Translations under genes and position numbers: made by a program
Shown: one piece after another, positions 38,144 to 51,999 of the stretch
Numbering within the stretch: the stretch's first letter is position 1
How the letters are laid out: each line of letters starts with the position of its first letter
DNA from: Macrostomum lignano
Lineage: Eukaryota
Length of the DNA stretch: 64,000 bases
NCBI GenBank assembly: GCA_002269645.1
Contig: NIVC01000462.1
Coordinates: forward strand, 401,516-465,515
Direction: 5' to 3'
The notes under the pieces: generated by a model
Told to the model about the DNA's origin: nothing
The model's input: the letters and a program-made list of their open reading frames with translations, nothing else
Database searches by the model: none

Positions 38144-38446
38144 TGTGCACCCTGGTGCACTTGAAGCGACATTGTCACACAACCGGCGAGAGGCATTACT
38201 GGCCATTCCGCCGACTCCCCTGAGCAGGCACATATTTCCACAGGAGTGTACAGCTGCCCTAACTATATTGTTAGGCATGTACACTTCTTCACTGTACCTT
38301 GGGGGTTGGCTCTCAAGGGTACTAATTGCACGAGCAGAGCCAAGCCGAGATTCCAATTTAGCCTCAAATTAATGTGACTGCACTTGGAATCGAGCCTGGG
38401 CCACTGGTACATCAGAGCGCTGCGCCAGACCATTAGTCTACGACCC
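38144..38446 (-). mobile_element. tRNA-derived SINE family A, second copy
   Basis: Reverse complement aligns by eye with 1009-1341 (GCTCGATTCCAAGTGCAGTCA ... CTCAGGGGAGTCGG ... CAGGGTGCACA); the 3' ends differ. Confidence 0.85.
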
Positions 38447-39477
38447 GTATAGATTCAACTACGCTTTATACATCCCGAGCATGTTCGAATAACGAAATTG
38501 AACAAAGACTTGTACAAAGATTGCGGTGGCTATTCCAAAATGTTTGTCCCACCACTTTTGTACAATACGAATGCAACGTATACCTACTCGTCAAGAATAA
38601 GATATGAGATAAGATAAGATGCAAGAGATAAGAGAGGTATTACGAATTAGAAGCATAAGTAGAAGGAATAGAGCAGAGAGAAGAGCAAAGAGGAGAAGAG
38701 AAGAGGAAAGAGTTGTGAAAAGACACAGATCTTGAGCGGATCGGATTGCTATTATGAAGTTTAAAAACACTCGAGGGCCGGAGAGGCTTCCCTGCTAGAA
38801 CATGAAGCCCCCTGAAGAGCATCCACAATGTCACAGCCAGGGACAGACTTAGTCACGAACTTTTGCAATAAAATATAATACCTTAGTAATAATAGTAGAA
38901 AGAGAATAGAAAATATTATCAGGCAGTCACTCTCACCCTCCAACTCTCATTCGCCACCCTCCGCGCCCACCCACCATGTAAAAAAGCAAATCAAAGTTCT
39001 GGCAAACAAAGCAGCCAGAGCGCAGATCCTGTCAGTCAACATCAGGACAGCGTGGAGTCTGGAGCTATCTTAGGGCAGTAAGACAATCCTTTATATTTTA
39101 GCGGGGAATCTCAGGATTTCATAGAACCTCATCGCCCCCTCCCGAGCCCCCAGACTCTAAGCAGGCAGCTGGAGCCGGCAAACATGACGGAAACTCAACA
39201 GCTGGTCGGGGGTGACGTCCGCCCGCAGCACGATGAGGCGCGTGGCGAAAAGCTAATCAAGGATGCTGCGTGCCGCCCGCTGACGGGCCAAAAATCTGAT
39301 TCCCCGGACGGCTCCGCCTCCCGCTGCCTGATGATGTTTGACAGCTCAATTTGAGGCCGACCGTGAATAGGAAAATTCTACCAGCTCCGTTGGGAAGCTT
39401 TCAAATTTAGCGTAGCGATGGGGCTTTGTTTGTCCAATTGGGGCTGTGAGATGCCGCTCGGTTGAGCGAACTTCACC

Positions 39478-40228
<751 letters not shown>

Positions 40229-40834
40229 ATTCTATGAAAAGATTTATAATAGAAATATCCATTATGCAATCTTGAACAATAGCAAGCGTATAAAGCTTCA
40301 ATCCCATTATTTAAGCAATCCTGAAATTCCACGCCAATCAATTGCTTGTCATCTCACTCAGAAATCTGAAGCCGCTGCCCCGTGAGCCTCTGAAAACATC
40401 CGGCCCCGGCCATCCATCAGACTGAGCAGCCGCAGTCAGCAGGAAAACAGGGAAAAGTTACTCAATCGCCTAAACTCCTTTCACTGACGGAAAGCAACGG
40501 AGGCTGGGCGGTGCTTCCGGGGAGCAGCTTCAGGGTTCAATAGCCTTAAGGTCACCCTCTGTCTGCAGTGGCGTTCGTTTTCCTCTCCTTCACTCTGCTG
40601 TGTCTGCGTTCTCTCCGCAATGTCAAGAGATCTGCGGCCATCTGTGTTGCAGGATGAATTGAGGGTCAGCCATTTCTGTGCGCGCGAGTGTGTGTCCTTT
40701 TCCAGCGCCATTCTGCGACTCTCTCGCCCTCCGTCTGTGCCTGCCGGCTCTGCATGGTTTTGTGAATCTCGCCTCCTCTCTGCTGAGCGTTCCTTGCAAT
40801 CCATCTGCTAATATACTTTATTTGGCTCTCTAAC

Positions 40835-41238
40835 ACTCTCCTCTCTCCTCTCTCCTCTCTCCTCTCTCCTCTCTCCTCTCTCCTCTCTCCTCTCTCCTCT
40901 CTCCTCTCTCCTCTCTCCTCTCTCCTCTCTCCTCTCTCCTCTCTCTCTCTCCTCTCTCCTCTCTCCTCTCTCCTCTCTCCTCTCTCCTTTCTCCTCTCTC
41001 CTCTCTCCTCTCTCCTCTCTCCTCTCTCTCTCTCCTCTCTCCTCTCCCTCTCTCCTCTCTCCTCTCTCTCTCCTCTCTCCTCTCTCCTCTCTCCTCTCTC
41101 CTCTCTCCTCTCTCCTCTCTCCTCTCTCCTCTCTCCTCTCTCCTTTCTCCTCTCTCATCTCTCATCTCTCATCTCCTCTCTCATCTCTCGTCTTGCATCT
41201 TTCATCTCTTGTCTCTCATCTCTCCTCTCTCCTCTCTC

Positions 41239-41304
<66 letters not shown>

Positions 41305-41780
41305 CTCCTCTCCTCTCTCATCTCTCATCTCTCATCTCTCATCTCCTCTCTCATCTCTCATCTCTCGTCTTGCATCTTTCGTCTCTTGTGTCTCATCTCT
41401 CCTCTCTCCTCTCTCCTCTCTCCTTTCTACTCTTCTCTTCTCTCTCCTCTCTAATCGCTCGTCTTTCATCTTTCGGCTTTTGTCTCTCATCTCCCGTCTC
41501 TTGTCTCTCATCTCTCGTCTCTCATCTCCTCTTCTCTCTCCTCTCCTCTCTCATCGCTCATCTCTCGTCTCTCATCTCTTCTCTCTTCTCTCTTCTCTCT
41601 CCTCTCCCCTCTCTACTCTCTCCTCTCTCCTCTCTTCTCTTTTCTCTCTCTTCTCTCCTCTCCTCTCTCATCTCTCATCTCTCATCTCTCATCTCTCGTC
41701 TCTCGTCTATCATCTCTTGTCTCTCATTTCTTCTCTTTCGTCTCTCCTCTGTCCTCCTATTATCTCTCTTTTCTCTCCCC
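40835..41780. repeat. Pyrimidine-rich (TCTCCTC)n / (CT)n low-complexity tract
   Basis: Read directly. Confidence 0.95.
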
Positions 41781-42240
41781 CTCTGCCTCAGTCCTCAGCT
41801 CCCATCCCAATTTCCCAGTTACTCAACAGAACAGCAGCTGGGTGCAAATTGTTGCCCGAGCTCAAGCCTCAGCCGCGGCCCAGCTCCCGCCATCTGCATC
41901 GCGCCTCCGCCTTCATCTGGGCTGGGAGGGAATTAATAGGCAATTTTAGCTTTCGATTCAGTTTGTGTCAGCAAGGAGATAAAATTTTCTAGATAAGAAT
42001 TCCTCCCTTCCCAACAGCAAAACCTCTAAGAGCCTCGCGGGAGTTGATCGAACCAGGAGATAACCCACCCCCCCTGACATTCGCTGTGAGGCAATCATTA
42101 TTCGCTTTTCTAGGAATTTGAATTCGAATTTTCTTAGAATTCATTTGCAACCCGGCAATTTGTTTCGCAGAATAATTCCACCATTGTATTGAGTAGAAGG
42201 CATTGAGTAGAGAGCAGCCCAGCTCTCTGGTTGACTCAGA

Positions 42241-43335
42241 GAGCACTCATTTAGGCACCGCAGGCACTCATTTTGGCGCCATAGGCACTCATTTTGGCGC
42301 CGCAGGCACTCATCTTAGCGCCATGGCACTTATTTTGGCGCCATAGGCACTCATTTTGGCGCCGCAGGCACTCTTTTGGCGCCATAGGCACTCATTTTGG
42401 CGCCGCAGGCACTCTTTTGGCGCCATAGGCACTCTTTTGGCGCCATAGGCACTCGTCTTGGCGCCGCAGGCACTCTTTTGGCGCCGCAGGCACTCATCTT
42501 GGCGCCGCAGGCACTCATTTAGGCGCCGCAGGCACTCTTTTGGCGCCGCAGGCACTCATTTAGGCACCGCAGGCACTCATCTTGGCGCCGCAGGCACTCA
42601 TTTAGGCGCCGCAGGCACTCTTTTGGCGCCGCAGGCACTCATTTTGGCGCCGTAGGCACTCTTTTGGCGCCGCAGGCACTCTTTTGGCGCCGCAGGCACT
42701 CATCTTGGCGCGGCAGGCACTCATTTAGGCGCCGCAGGCACTCTTTTGGCGCCGCAGGCACTCATTTTGGCGCCGTAGGCACTCTTTTGGCGCCGCAGGC
42801 ACTCTTTTGGCGCCGCAGGCACTCATTTTGGCGCCGTAGGCACTCATCTTGGCGCCATGGCACTTATTTTGGCGCCATAGGCACTCATTTTGGCGTCGCA
42901 GGCACTCTTTTGGCGCCATAGGCACTCATTTTGGCGTCGCAGGCACTCATTTTGGCGCCGCAGGCAGGCACTCATTTTGGCGCCGCAGGCACTCATTTTG
43001 GCGCCGCAGGCACTCATTTTGGCGCCGCAGGCACTCATTTTGGCGCCGCAGGCACTCATTTTGGCGCCGCAGGCACTCATTTTGGCGCCGCAGGCACTCA
43101 TTTTGGCGCCGCAGGCACTCATTTTGGCGCCGCAGGCACTCATTTAGGCACCGCAGGCACTCATCTTGGCGCCGCAGGCAGGTACTCATTTTGGCGCCGC
43201 AGGCACTCATTTTGGCGCCGCAGGCAGGCAATCATTTTGGCGCCGCAGGCAGGCACTCATTTTGGCGCCGCAGGCAGGCACTCATTTTGGCGCCGCAGGC
43301 AGGCACTCATTTTGGCGCCGCAGGCAGGCACTCAC
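42241..43335. repeat. 20/21-bp minisatellite (CACTCATTTTGGCGCCGCAGG)n
   Basis: Read directly; same family as 2061-2350. Confidence 0.95.
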
Positions 43336-43458
43336 CCTGGAGCAAAATTATTGATTTCCATAACGGGTCACAAAGTTGGGGGGACAAAGCATTTGGCATG
43401 CCCCCATAGCTTTAACTGAGGGGGGGCATGTCCCCCCCCCTCGGAGGCGACGCCCCTG
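43336..43458. mobile_element. Possible right end of a non-autonomous DNA transposon (hAT-like terminal repeat GGCGACGCCCCTG)
   Basis: Reverse complement CAGGGGCGTCGCC fits the hAT (T/C)A(A/G)NG TIR start and is preceded by G7-CATGT-C9. No partner TIR found. Confidence 0.35.
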
Positions 43459-43857
43459 TCCACATGTTCCGTCTCTCTTCTGAGGGTATCATTTCCCTGG
43501 CTTTCCATTCCAGGTCTCTCAGAGAAGTCCATGAGTCCATGAGTCCCTTGGGTCTTTAAGTCTTATGGAGCTTCGCAGAAAAAAATAAATATACACATAT
43601 TTTGCTAAGTTATATTTTTTTACACAAAAATTTGTCCGAGTTTTCGGAGACAGTCGGGCAGAAGGTCAGCCGGAGGTTTTTTTATTGCCGAAATCATTAC
43701 CGAGTGTGAGAATATGATAATTAACTCAGCAGGGTCCTGAGGCTCGACTCAATCTTTATTGTGTCTCAATATAGATGGAGCATACGGAAAGGATTTCTAA
43801 ATTCAATAAGAAGCAAGCGCTATTTATCACGTTAAAAAAGTGCTTGGCTTATTGGAA

Positions 43858-44545
43858 ATGGTTTCATAGTTTCTAGGAAACGGTTTCTAGGTTTCTAGGA
43901 AACAGTTTCTTGGTTTCTAGGAAACAGTTTCTTGGTTTCTAGGAAACGGTTTTTTTGGTTTCTTAGGAAACGGTTTTTTGGTTTCTAGGAAACGGTTTCT
44001 TGGTTTCTATGAAACGGTTTCTTGGTTTCTAGGAGACGGTTTCTTGGTTTCTAGGAAACAGTTTCTTGGTTTCTAGGAAACGGTTTCTTGCTTTCTAGGA
44101 AACGGTTTCTTGGCTTCTAGGAAACGGTTTCGTGGTTTCTAGGAAATGGTTTCTTGGTTTCTAGGAGACGGTTTCTTGGTTTCTAGGAAACAGTTTCTTG
44201 GTTTCTAGGAAACGGTTTCTTGGTTTCTAGAAAACAGTTTCTTGGTTTCTAGAAAACAGTTTCTTGGTTTCTAGGAAAGGGTTTTTTGGTTTTTAGGAAA
44301 CGGTTTCTTGGCTTCTGGGAGACGATTTCTAGGTTTCTAGGAAACAGTTTCTTGATTTCTAGGAAACGGTTTCTTGGTTTCTAGGAAACGGTTTTTTGGT
44401 TTCTAGGAAAAAGTTTCTTGGTTTTTACGAAACATTTTCTTGATTTCTAGGAAAAGGTTTCTTGGTTTCTAGGAAACGGTTGCTTGGTTTCTAGGAAACG
44501 GTTTCTTGGTTTCTAGGAAACGGCTTTGTGCTTTCTAGAAAATTG
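43858..44545 (+). repeat. 22-bp minisatellite (GGTTTCTAGGAAACGGTTTCTT)n, left arm of an inverted pair
   Basis: Read directly. Confidence 0.95.
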
Positions 44546-45177
44546 TACTCCCTAACCGCGGAGCATTGGAAAATTATGAGCAAGAGCAACAGATGTGGTA
44601 CTGAGTTTGGATACTAACCCTCCCCAATATTTCGTCTGCAACGATGAAGATGGATTCTGAACTGAATGCGCAGACTCTATAAATTTACAGGAGTGTGCCA
44701 GGAATTGGCAGGAGTGTGCAAGCCAGACAGCCAGTTGTAAAATTTTACAGAGGCCATATAATATTTCTGCCTCAAGAAGAATAATGATAATTCTTCCAAA
44801 ATTTGAGCAGATATGAGTTCAATCATTTTTGCTGTTTGCTCCCCGTCTGTGCTGGAGAGATACTCCTTGAGGATCAGGCTTGGGTGAAACTGTTTCAGAC
44901 TTGTTTTTATGACGCTAGAGCAACAGTTAATTCTGAACTACCAGATCTCTAATGATGGCTGCAGCTCCTTGAGCTCTGTTTGTTTTATGGTCTCTGGGCC
45001 TGGCTGTGGTCTGGAAGTGGAGCTCAAGCTGGATTTACTGAGTATTAACAAGTTCAGACTGCTGTCTTACAGTTTTGCTTATAGGCGGTTTGGGGAGCTG
45101 ATTTTGAAGATACAATTAAGGGGTATGCTCACTCTCATGATATTTGAGCGCACGAAGCAACACATTTCAACTACAGG

Positions 45178-46090
45178 AACTTTAGTTTCCTAGAAACCAA
45201 GAAACCATTTCCTAGAAATCAAGAAACAGTTTCCTAGAAACCAAGAAACCATTTCGTAGAAATCAAGAAACAGTTTCCTAGAAACCAAGAAGAAGTTTCC
45301 AAGAAACCAAGAAACAGTTTCCTTGAAACCAAGAAACAATTACCTAGAATACTAGAAACCAAGAAACAGTTTCCTAGAAACCAAGAAACACTTTTTTAGA
45401 AATAAAGAAACACTTTCAAGAAAAAAAGAAACAGTTTCCTAAAAAGTAAAACAGTAGAAACTAAAAAAATTTCACTAGAAACCAAGAAACAGTTTCCTAG
45501 AAATCGAGAAAAAGTTTCCTAGAAACCAAGAAACCATTTCGTAGAAATCAAGAAACAGTTTCCTAGAAACCAAGAAGAAGTTTCCAAGAAACCAAGAAAC
45601 AGTTTCCTTGAAACCAAGAAACAATTACCTAGAATACTAGAAACCAAGAAACAGTTTCCTAGAAACCAAGAAACACTTTTTTAGAAATAAAGAAACACTT
45701 TCAAGAAAAAAAGAAACAGTTTCCTAAAAAGTAAAACAGTAGAAACTAAAAAAATTTCACTAGAAACCAAGAAACAGTTTCCTAGAAATCGAGAAAAAGT
45801 TTCCTAGAAAATAGACAATGGTTTCCTAAGAACCAGCAAATATTTTCCTAAACCAATAAACAGTTCACAAAAAAATACCTTCTGGAAACAGTTTCCTAGA
45901 AACCAAAAACTGTTTCCTAGAAATTTCCCTCAGGAAACAGTTTCCTAGAAATGTCCCTCAGGAAACAGTTTCCTAGAAACCAAGAACAGTTTCCTAGAAA
46001 TGTCCCTCAGGAAACAGTTTCCTAGAAATTTCCCTCAGGAAACAGTTTCCTAGAAACCAAGAATAGTTTCCTAGAAATGGCACTAGGGAA
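45178..46090 (-). repeat. Same 22-bp minisatellite inverted (CTAGAAACCAAGAAACAGTTTC)n, right arm; internal ~285-bp duplication
   Basis: Reverse complement of the left-arm unit; the block at 45241 recurs at 45526. Confidence 0.93.
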
Positions 46091-46719
46091 ACTGGCTGGG
46101 ATGCTAGCGCCAATTTCAACAGACCAGCTATACTCTGGTAATCCCATAATTTCATATTTTAGCTGGGATCCGATAAAAATTCCATTGCTTAATCAGTGGA
46201 TTTGCTGCATCTAGCCAGAAAACTCGGATAGAGGAGATGCTTCTCTAAAAGCTGATGCGGAGTGGGAGTCGGGATTTGCCTGTCAGCAGCCCACTGCCTT
46301 CTTCCATCTCTCTTCTCAGCCATAGGCTAGCAGATGGGCAGAATTATGAGTAGCCATCATTTGAGCAGACCGCTGCTGGATCAGCGGCACTTGAGGTGGG
46401 GCGGAGCTCGAGAGTGAGTAAAGCTGTCTATAAGCGCGCCTTCCCCGCAGAAACGACATGCATGTACTACTCACACTGAGTGGCTAAAATAAATAGCAAC
46501 TGCATGGACATTCGCTGCATTAGTGAATTAACTGGCAAATGCTAAATAGCTCGTACACCCTGCATGCTTCTAGTTATAGGAGGCATTGCTCCCTAGATAA
46601 AGCAAAATGAAAATGCACAAACTAGTAAACCTTACGCCACTTGTCCCTTTTAGTCCCTTCTAGAATCGCCACTTGTTAGTCAAAGCAACACCCTGGGATG
46701 CGGCGACCGAAAAGTAAGC

Positions 46720-47180
46720 GCCTCTCATTAAGCGAATCTCATTAAGCGCCTCTTATTAAGCGCCCCTTATTAAGCGCCCCTCATCGAGCACTCTTCATCA
46801 AGCGTTCTTCAGCAAGCGCCCCTCATCAAGCGCTCTTTAACAAGCGCCCCTCATTAACTGCCCCTCATTAAGCGCCCCTCATTAAGCGCCCCTCATTAAG
46901 CGCCCCTCATTAAGCGCCCCTCATTAAGCGCCCCTCATTAAGCGCCCCTCATTAAGCGCCCCTCATTAAGCGCCCCTCATTAAGCGCCCCTCATTAAGCG
47001 CCCCTCATTAAGCGCCCCTCATTAAGCGCCCCTCATCAAGCGCTCTTTAACAAGCGCCTCTCATTAAGCGCCCTTCATTAAGCGCCTCTCGTTAAGCGCC
47101 TCACATAAAGCGCCCCTCATTAAGCGCCCTTCATTAAGCGCTCTTTATTAAGCGCCTCTCATAAAGCGCCTCATTAAGCT
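46720..47180. repeat. 14-bp minisatellite (CATTAAGCGCCCCT)n
   Basis: Read directly. Confidence 0.95.
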
Positions 47181-48002
47181 CCAAAAACACGCACACAAAC
47201 GATGCAGAAGAGCTCATCTCTGCTTCTCCCACTCGTACTCAGCTAATAATAAAAGCAGAGGCCTTAAACCTGATGCAGCAGGCAATGCGAAAGAAACACA
47301 AATTTGCATTCTCACCGCCTGCACCAGCCGAGATAAGGATGAGCGAGAAAAGAAAACGAGAAAAATTTTATTTATTCGATAAAATTTTTGAAACCAATTT
47401 CTGGTGCCAGCAATTTTGAGCTGTAGCTGAGCAGCGAACATCCTGTCTTCCGCGGCACGGACGGAATTGCGGGCTCCTCCGAGAGAGAGAAAAATAAAAT
47501 AATTGAAAGGAAAATTTCCTAGAATCAAGCCATGAGGAAATGTCCAGGGGATTAAAGATGACCGAGGCTCGCCACTCCTCCCCAAACCCCCACCCAGCAC
47601 TTGAAGTTGGGCAGCTCTCGAAGGCCCCATATTTGGCTTGTGGCTCTGGGTGACCCTCCCAGCCACTTGACTTGGCTGATTTAAACAAATTGCCAAACTG
47701 CAGCTTCTCTGCCTCATTTAGGAGATGGAGCAGAGACAGACAGAGAAGAGAAGAGAAGGAAGGGACATCGCTTAACACATGACTTGCTGGCGAACTCTTT
47801 TGATTATTATTGCCAAAAACTTCTTCCTTTGGATGGAGGTCGAAACTTGAGGGACGGCCAAACTTAATTTGCTGGGGTCGGTCCTGCATAGGCAGGCCTT
47901 TTGTCTGAGACAGAGCCTTGCTTTGGGCTTCTGAAATAGACAGTTTATGCCCGACTTGCTTAACTAGATCTATGCATCTAATTGGAAGGTAGAAAGGCAA
48001 TT

Positions 48003-49182
<1,180 letters not shown>

Positions 49183-51475
49183 GGTGCCTCACCAGCAGCA
49201 CCTGGCGATCTCAACTCTGATCTATCAATCTCCCCTGGGTCCCCATATTGCCCTGATCCGGCCAGAAGGCAGTCACTTTACTCTCAAGCGTCAAAAGCTG
49301 CCGCTTCAACCTCTCTTTCATTCCAGCGAACGGCCTTCAGTCAACCTGGCATCCGCCTGGCAACAACCTACACACCTCATTGCTCAACTGCAGCCTCCTC
49401 GACTCCAATAAGATCCCGCTGGCGCCAAAACCAAAAAAGCAGTTGGGTTGATGTGGTGCAGTGCCGGACGCAGGGGGAGCCTTAATGAAGGACGGCATTG
49501 CCAACGCTGAGAAACAGAGCTCAGGAACAGGTCGTAAATCTCAGTCAGGAGTTCCCCATCAAGCACCCAATAATAATAATCATAACGCAGGCATTTCTAT
49601 TCAATTCTCGATAAATTTCCTCAGCTCTTGACGGACGAGTCGGGGTCGAGTCCGAGAGGCGACACGTGGCCGTGGACGGCGGCCGTTTCTCCTTGATTTG
49701 ATTCGAGCGTCTGCTTGGGTGCAGAGCTCCTTAGAGACGGGGAAGCAGTTTGACATTTTGGGCTGGCCGCATTGCGCAGGGAGCCCCATAAAACTTGTGG
49801 GGATTCGCGGTGTTTTGCCTCAGTATACCCGTCTGTCCAGGTATTCAAACTCCCAATGATGCTTTGTCGGCAAGGCCAAGGAGTCTGCATAGATATTGAA
49901 ATCATCAAAATCTCAGTTGACGCTTGAGCGTTGACACTTTTTATATAATTAAGGAAATCTTGTGTGTTTTGATTGATTGTAGCGATAGGTCCAGGTGTCA
50001 CAAATACTCCTGGGATTTGGTTCTGTGAGCAGGGCATACTATAGATGTGAGTCTCAAAATTCGCCAAGAGGTACACACCGGGCTGTACCCGTTGCATTAG
50101 GTAAATAAGCACGAACATCTATAATATCGGGCCAAGTGGCTGTGGCGCATGAGTCTGCATGCAAATCAGGATATCTAGCGGGACCCGCCTGAAAAATCCT
50201 GGTTCATGCGCTCCGCATCCTGTGCTCAGGTGAGGTGGGACCTGCACTAGCGACTCGCATGACGCAGCCCGAGAAGCTTTGAGCAACAATGCAATTAACG
50301 GTTTGGCGTGACTGCGCATTTATCACTTTCACTTGCAATCATAATTATCATCCCAGTGTAATGGAGAAGAGGATGTTTAAAATATATAGATATATTCAGT
50401 CATCAATTTGCTTTTCCTTTGCAGTCACTTCTCTCTCTTTGCCAGATTAGAATTCAGCTCAGGAAACTGGGGTGTTAGGGTTTAGGGAAGATGCTGGTTG
50501 TGTGCTCACTCACTGCCCAGGCTCTCTGCGCCGGGTGAAGATTATGAGTGTCACATGGGTTGGGTCGCAAGCCTGGGAGGGGGATCACAGAGGTCTAGGG
50601 GGTCACAGACAGAGGTCTATGAGGGGGTCACGGTGCTGGTCTAGGAGGGTTCACAAAGGTTTAAGATGAGGTCACAGCGATCTAGGGGGGTCACAGACGT
50701 CTATCTCAGGGGGGTGTGACACTTGCACCATCACCACACTCCGCGGAGTCTCAACGCTGAGAGCAAAAAAAGAACACAAAAAATCATGAAATGTAACCCC
50801 CAAAAATGTCTGTTTCGTATCCGTTTCCCGCTTCACAGCCGGAAATGAAAAGCCCATATATGGCGAACGGATCCGGTGACCCCAGAAAGGCGAAAGTCTC
50901 ACAATTAAGTGTCCAGTTGCCTTGCTGTATAGGAAAGCACATACTGTGGACTCTGCAACGAAATTATATAATAAATATCTGACCTCCCCTGGTGCAGTGG
51001 GGTCTGACTAAAATTTGCATCTAATTAACAAGTTGTTTATATAGAGAGGCCGGGTTGAAAGAAATTGAATTGACTCGAGCGAGGGAGAGCAGTGAGATTG
51101 AGAACCCCTTGCCGCTCGCAGGTGAGAGAGATTGTAACTCGATATAAACACAGCAACACCTCCGCAAAAAGGCAAAGAAAAAGCAGTTAAAGAAGAAGAC
51201 ACCTGCGCAATAGTGAGAGAGGCCGGAACAACAATTCCTTCTTGACTTCTAAAAGCGGAGTTCGTTGTCTCGGAGCTGTAATAGGACACCCGGCCGGAGG
51301 AGGGGGGGGGTCTCGCGACCCCCTTCGCAACTAAAGCCCCCCCCCCCTACACCGTGGAAAATCGCTCAAGTGTGACCGAAGGAAAGGAAGCAACAGCGAA
51401 AGCAAAAGCAGAAAAAGAATTCAGCCTCAAATTTTCTCCGATAGTCGTGCCCCCCTCCCCTTTCTCATCGCCACA

Positions 51476-51879
51476 GCCAATCAGCGAGTCCAAGCGGACC
51501 CAGCGGCCATTCCATTGGGCCGTGAGGACCACTTTCTCTCTCTCTCCCTCTGTTGTCTGTTCTCTCTGCTCTTCCCTCCTCAAGCCGGAGGCAGAGACCA
51601 CAGTTGACTATCGAATTGGATCCGGACCGGGCCAACCAGGGCTCAGGGGTCTGAATTTGAAGTTCGCCGCCACCCACTCCCCGATCCACTGCCGCCCGCT
51701 CTTCCCCCTACAGACAGGGCGCCCCCTGGCCAGACCGCCTCACTCCGCCTCTTTCTGCTTTAAATTTGCATTTTTGATTTCCCCCCTCTTGCTAAGCGCA
51801 AGTCAGCTTAGGCCAAAGTCAGCTCCAGTGAGGCAGTTCTCAGTTTTCTTAATTTAAGTTATGCAAATAATTTGCAAAT
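51476..51879 (+). promoter_or_regulatory. POU3 proximal promoter region: CCAAT (AGCCAATCAG), octamers at 51764-51771 and 51861-51868
   Basis: Motifs read directly, 130-520 nt upstream of the ATG. Confidence 0.6.
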
Positions 51880-51999
51880 AGATTTCGGTTATTATTACTA
51901 TCGGCCTCAGCCTCTCCTAGCCTCAGCGAATTAAGTCAGTTATAGAGTGAAGTCAGATAAGCTACCAATAAAAGGCAGGACTCAAACTCGTTCAATCGG

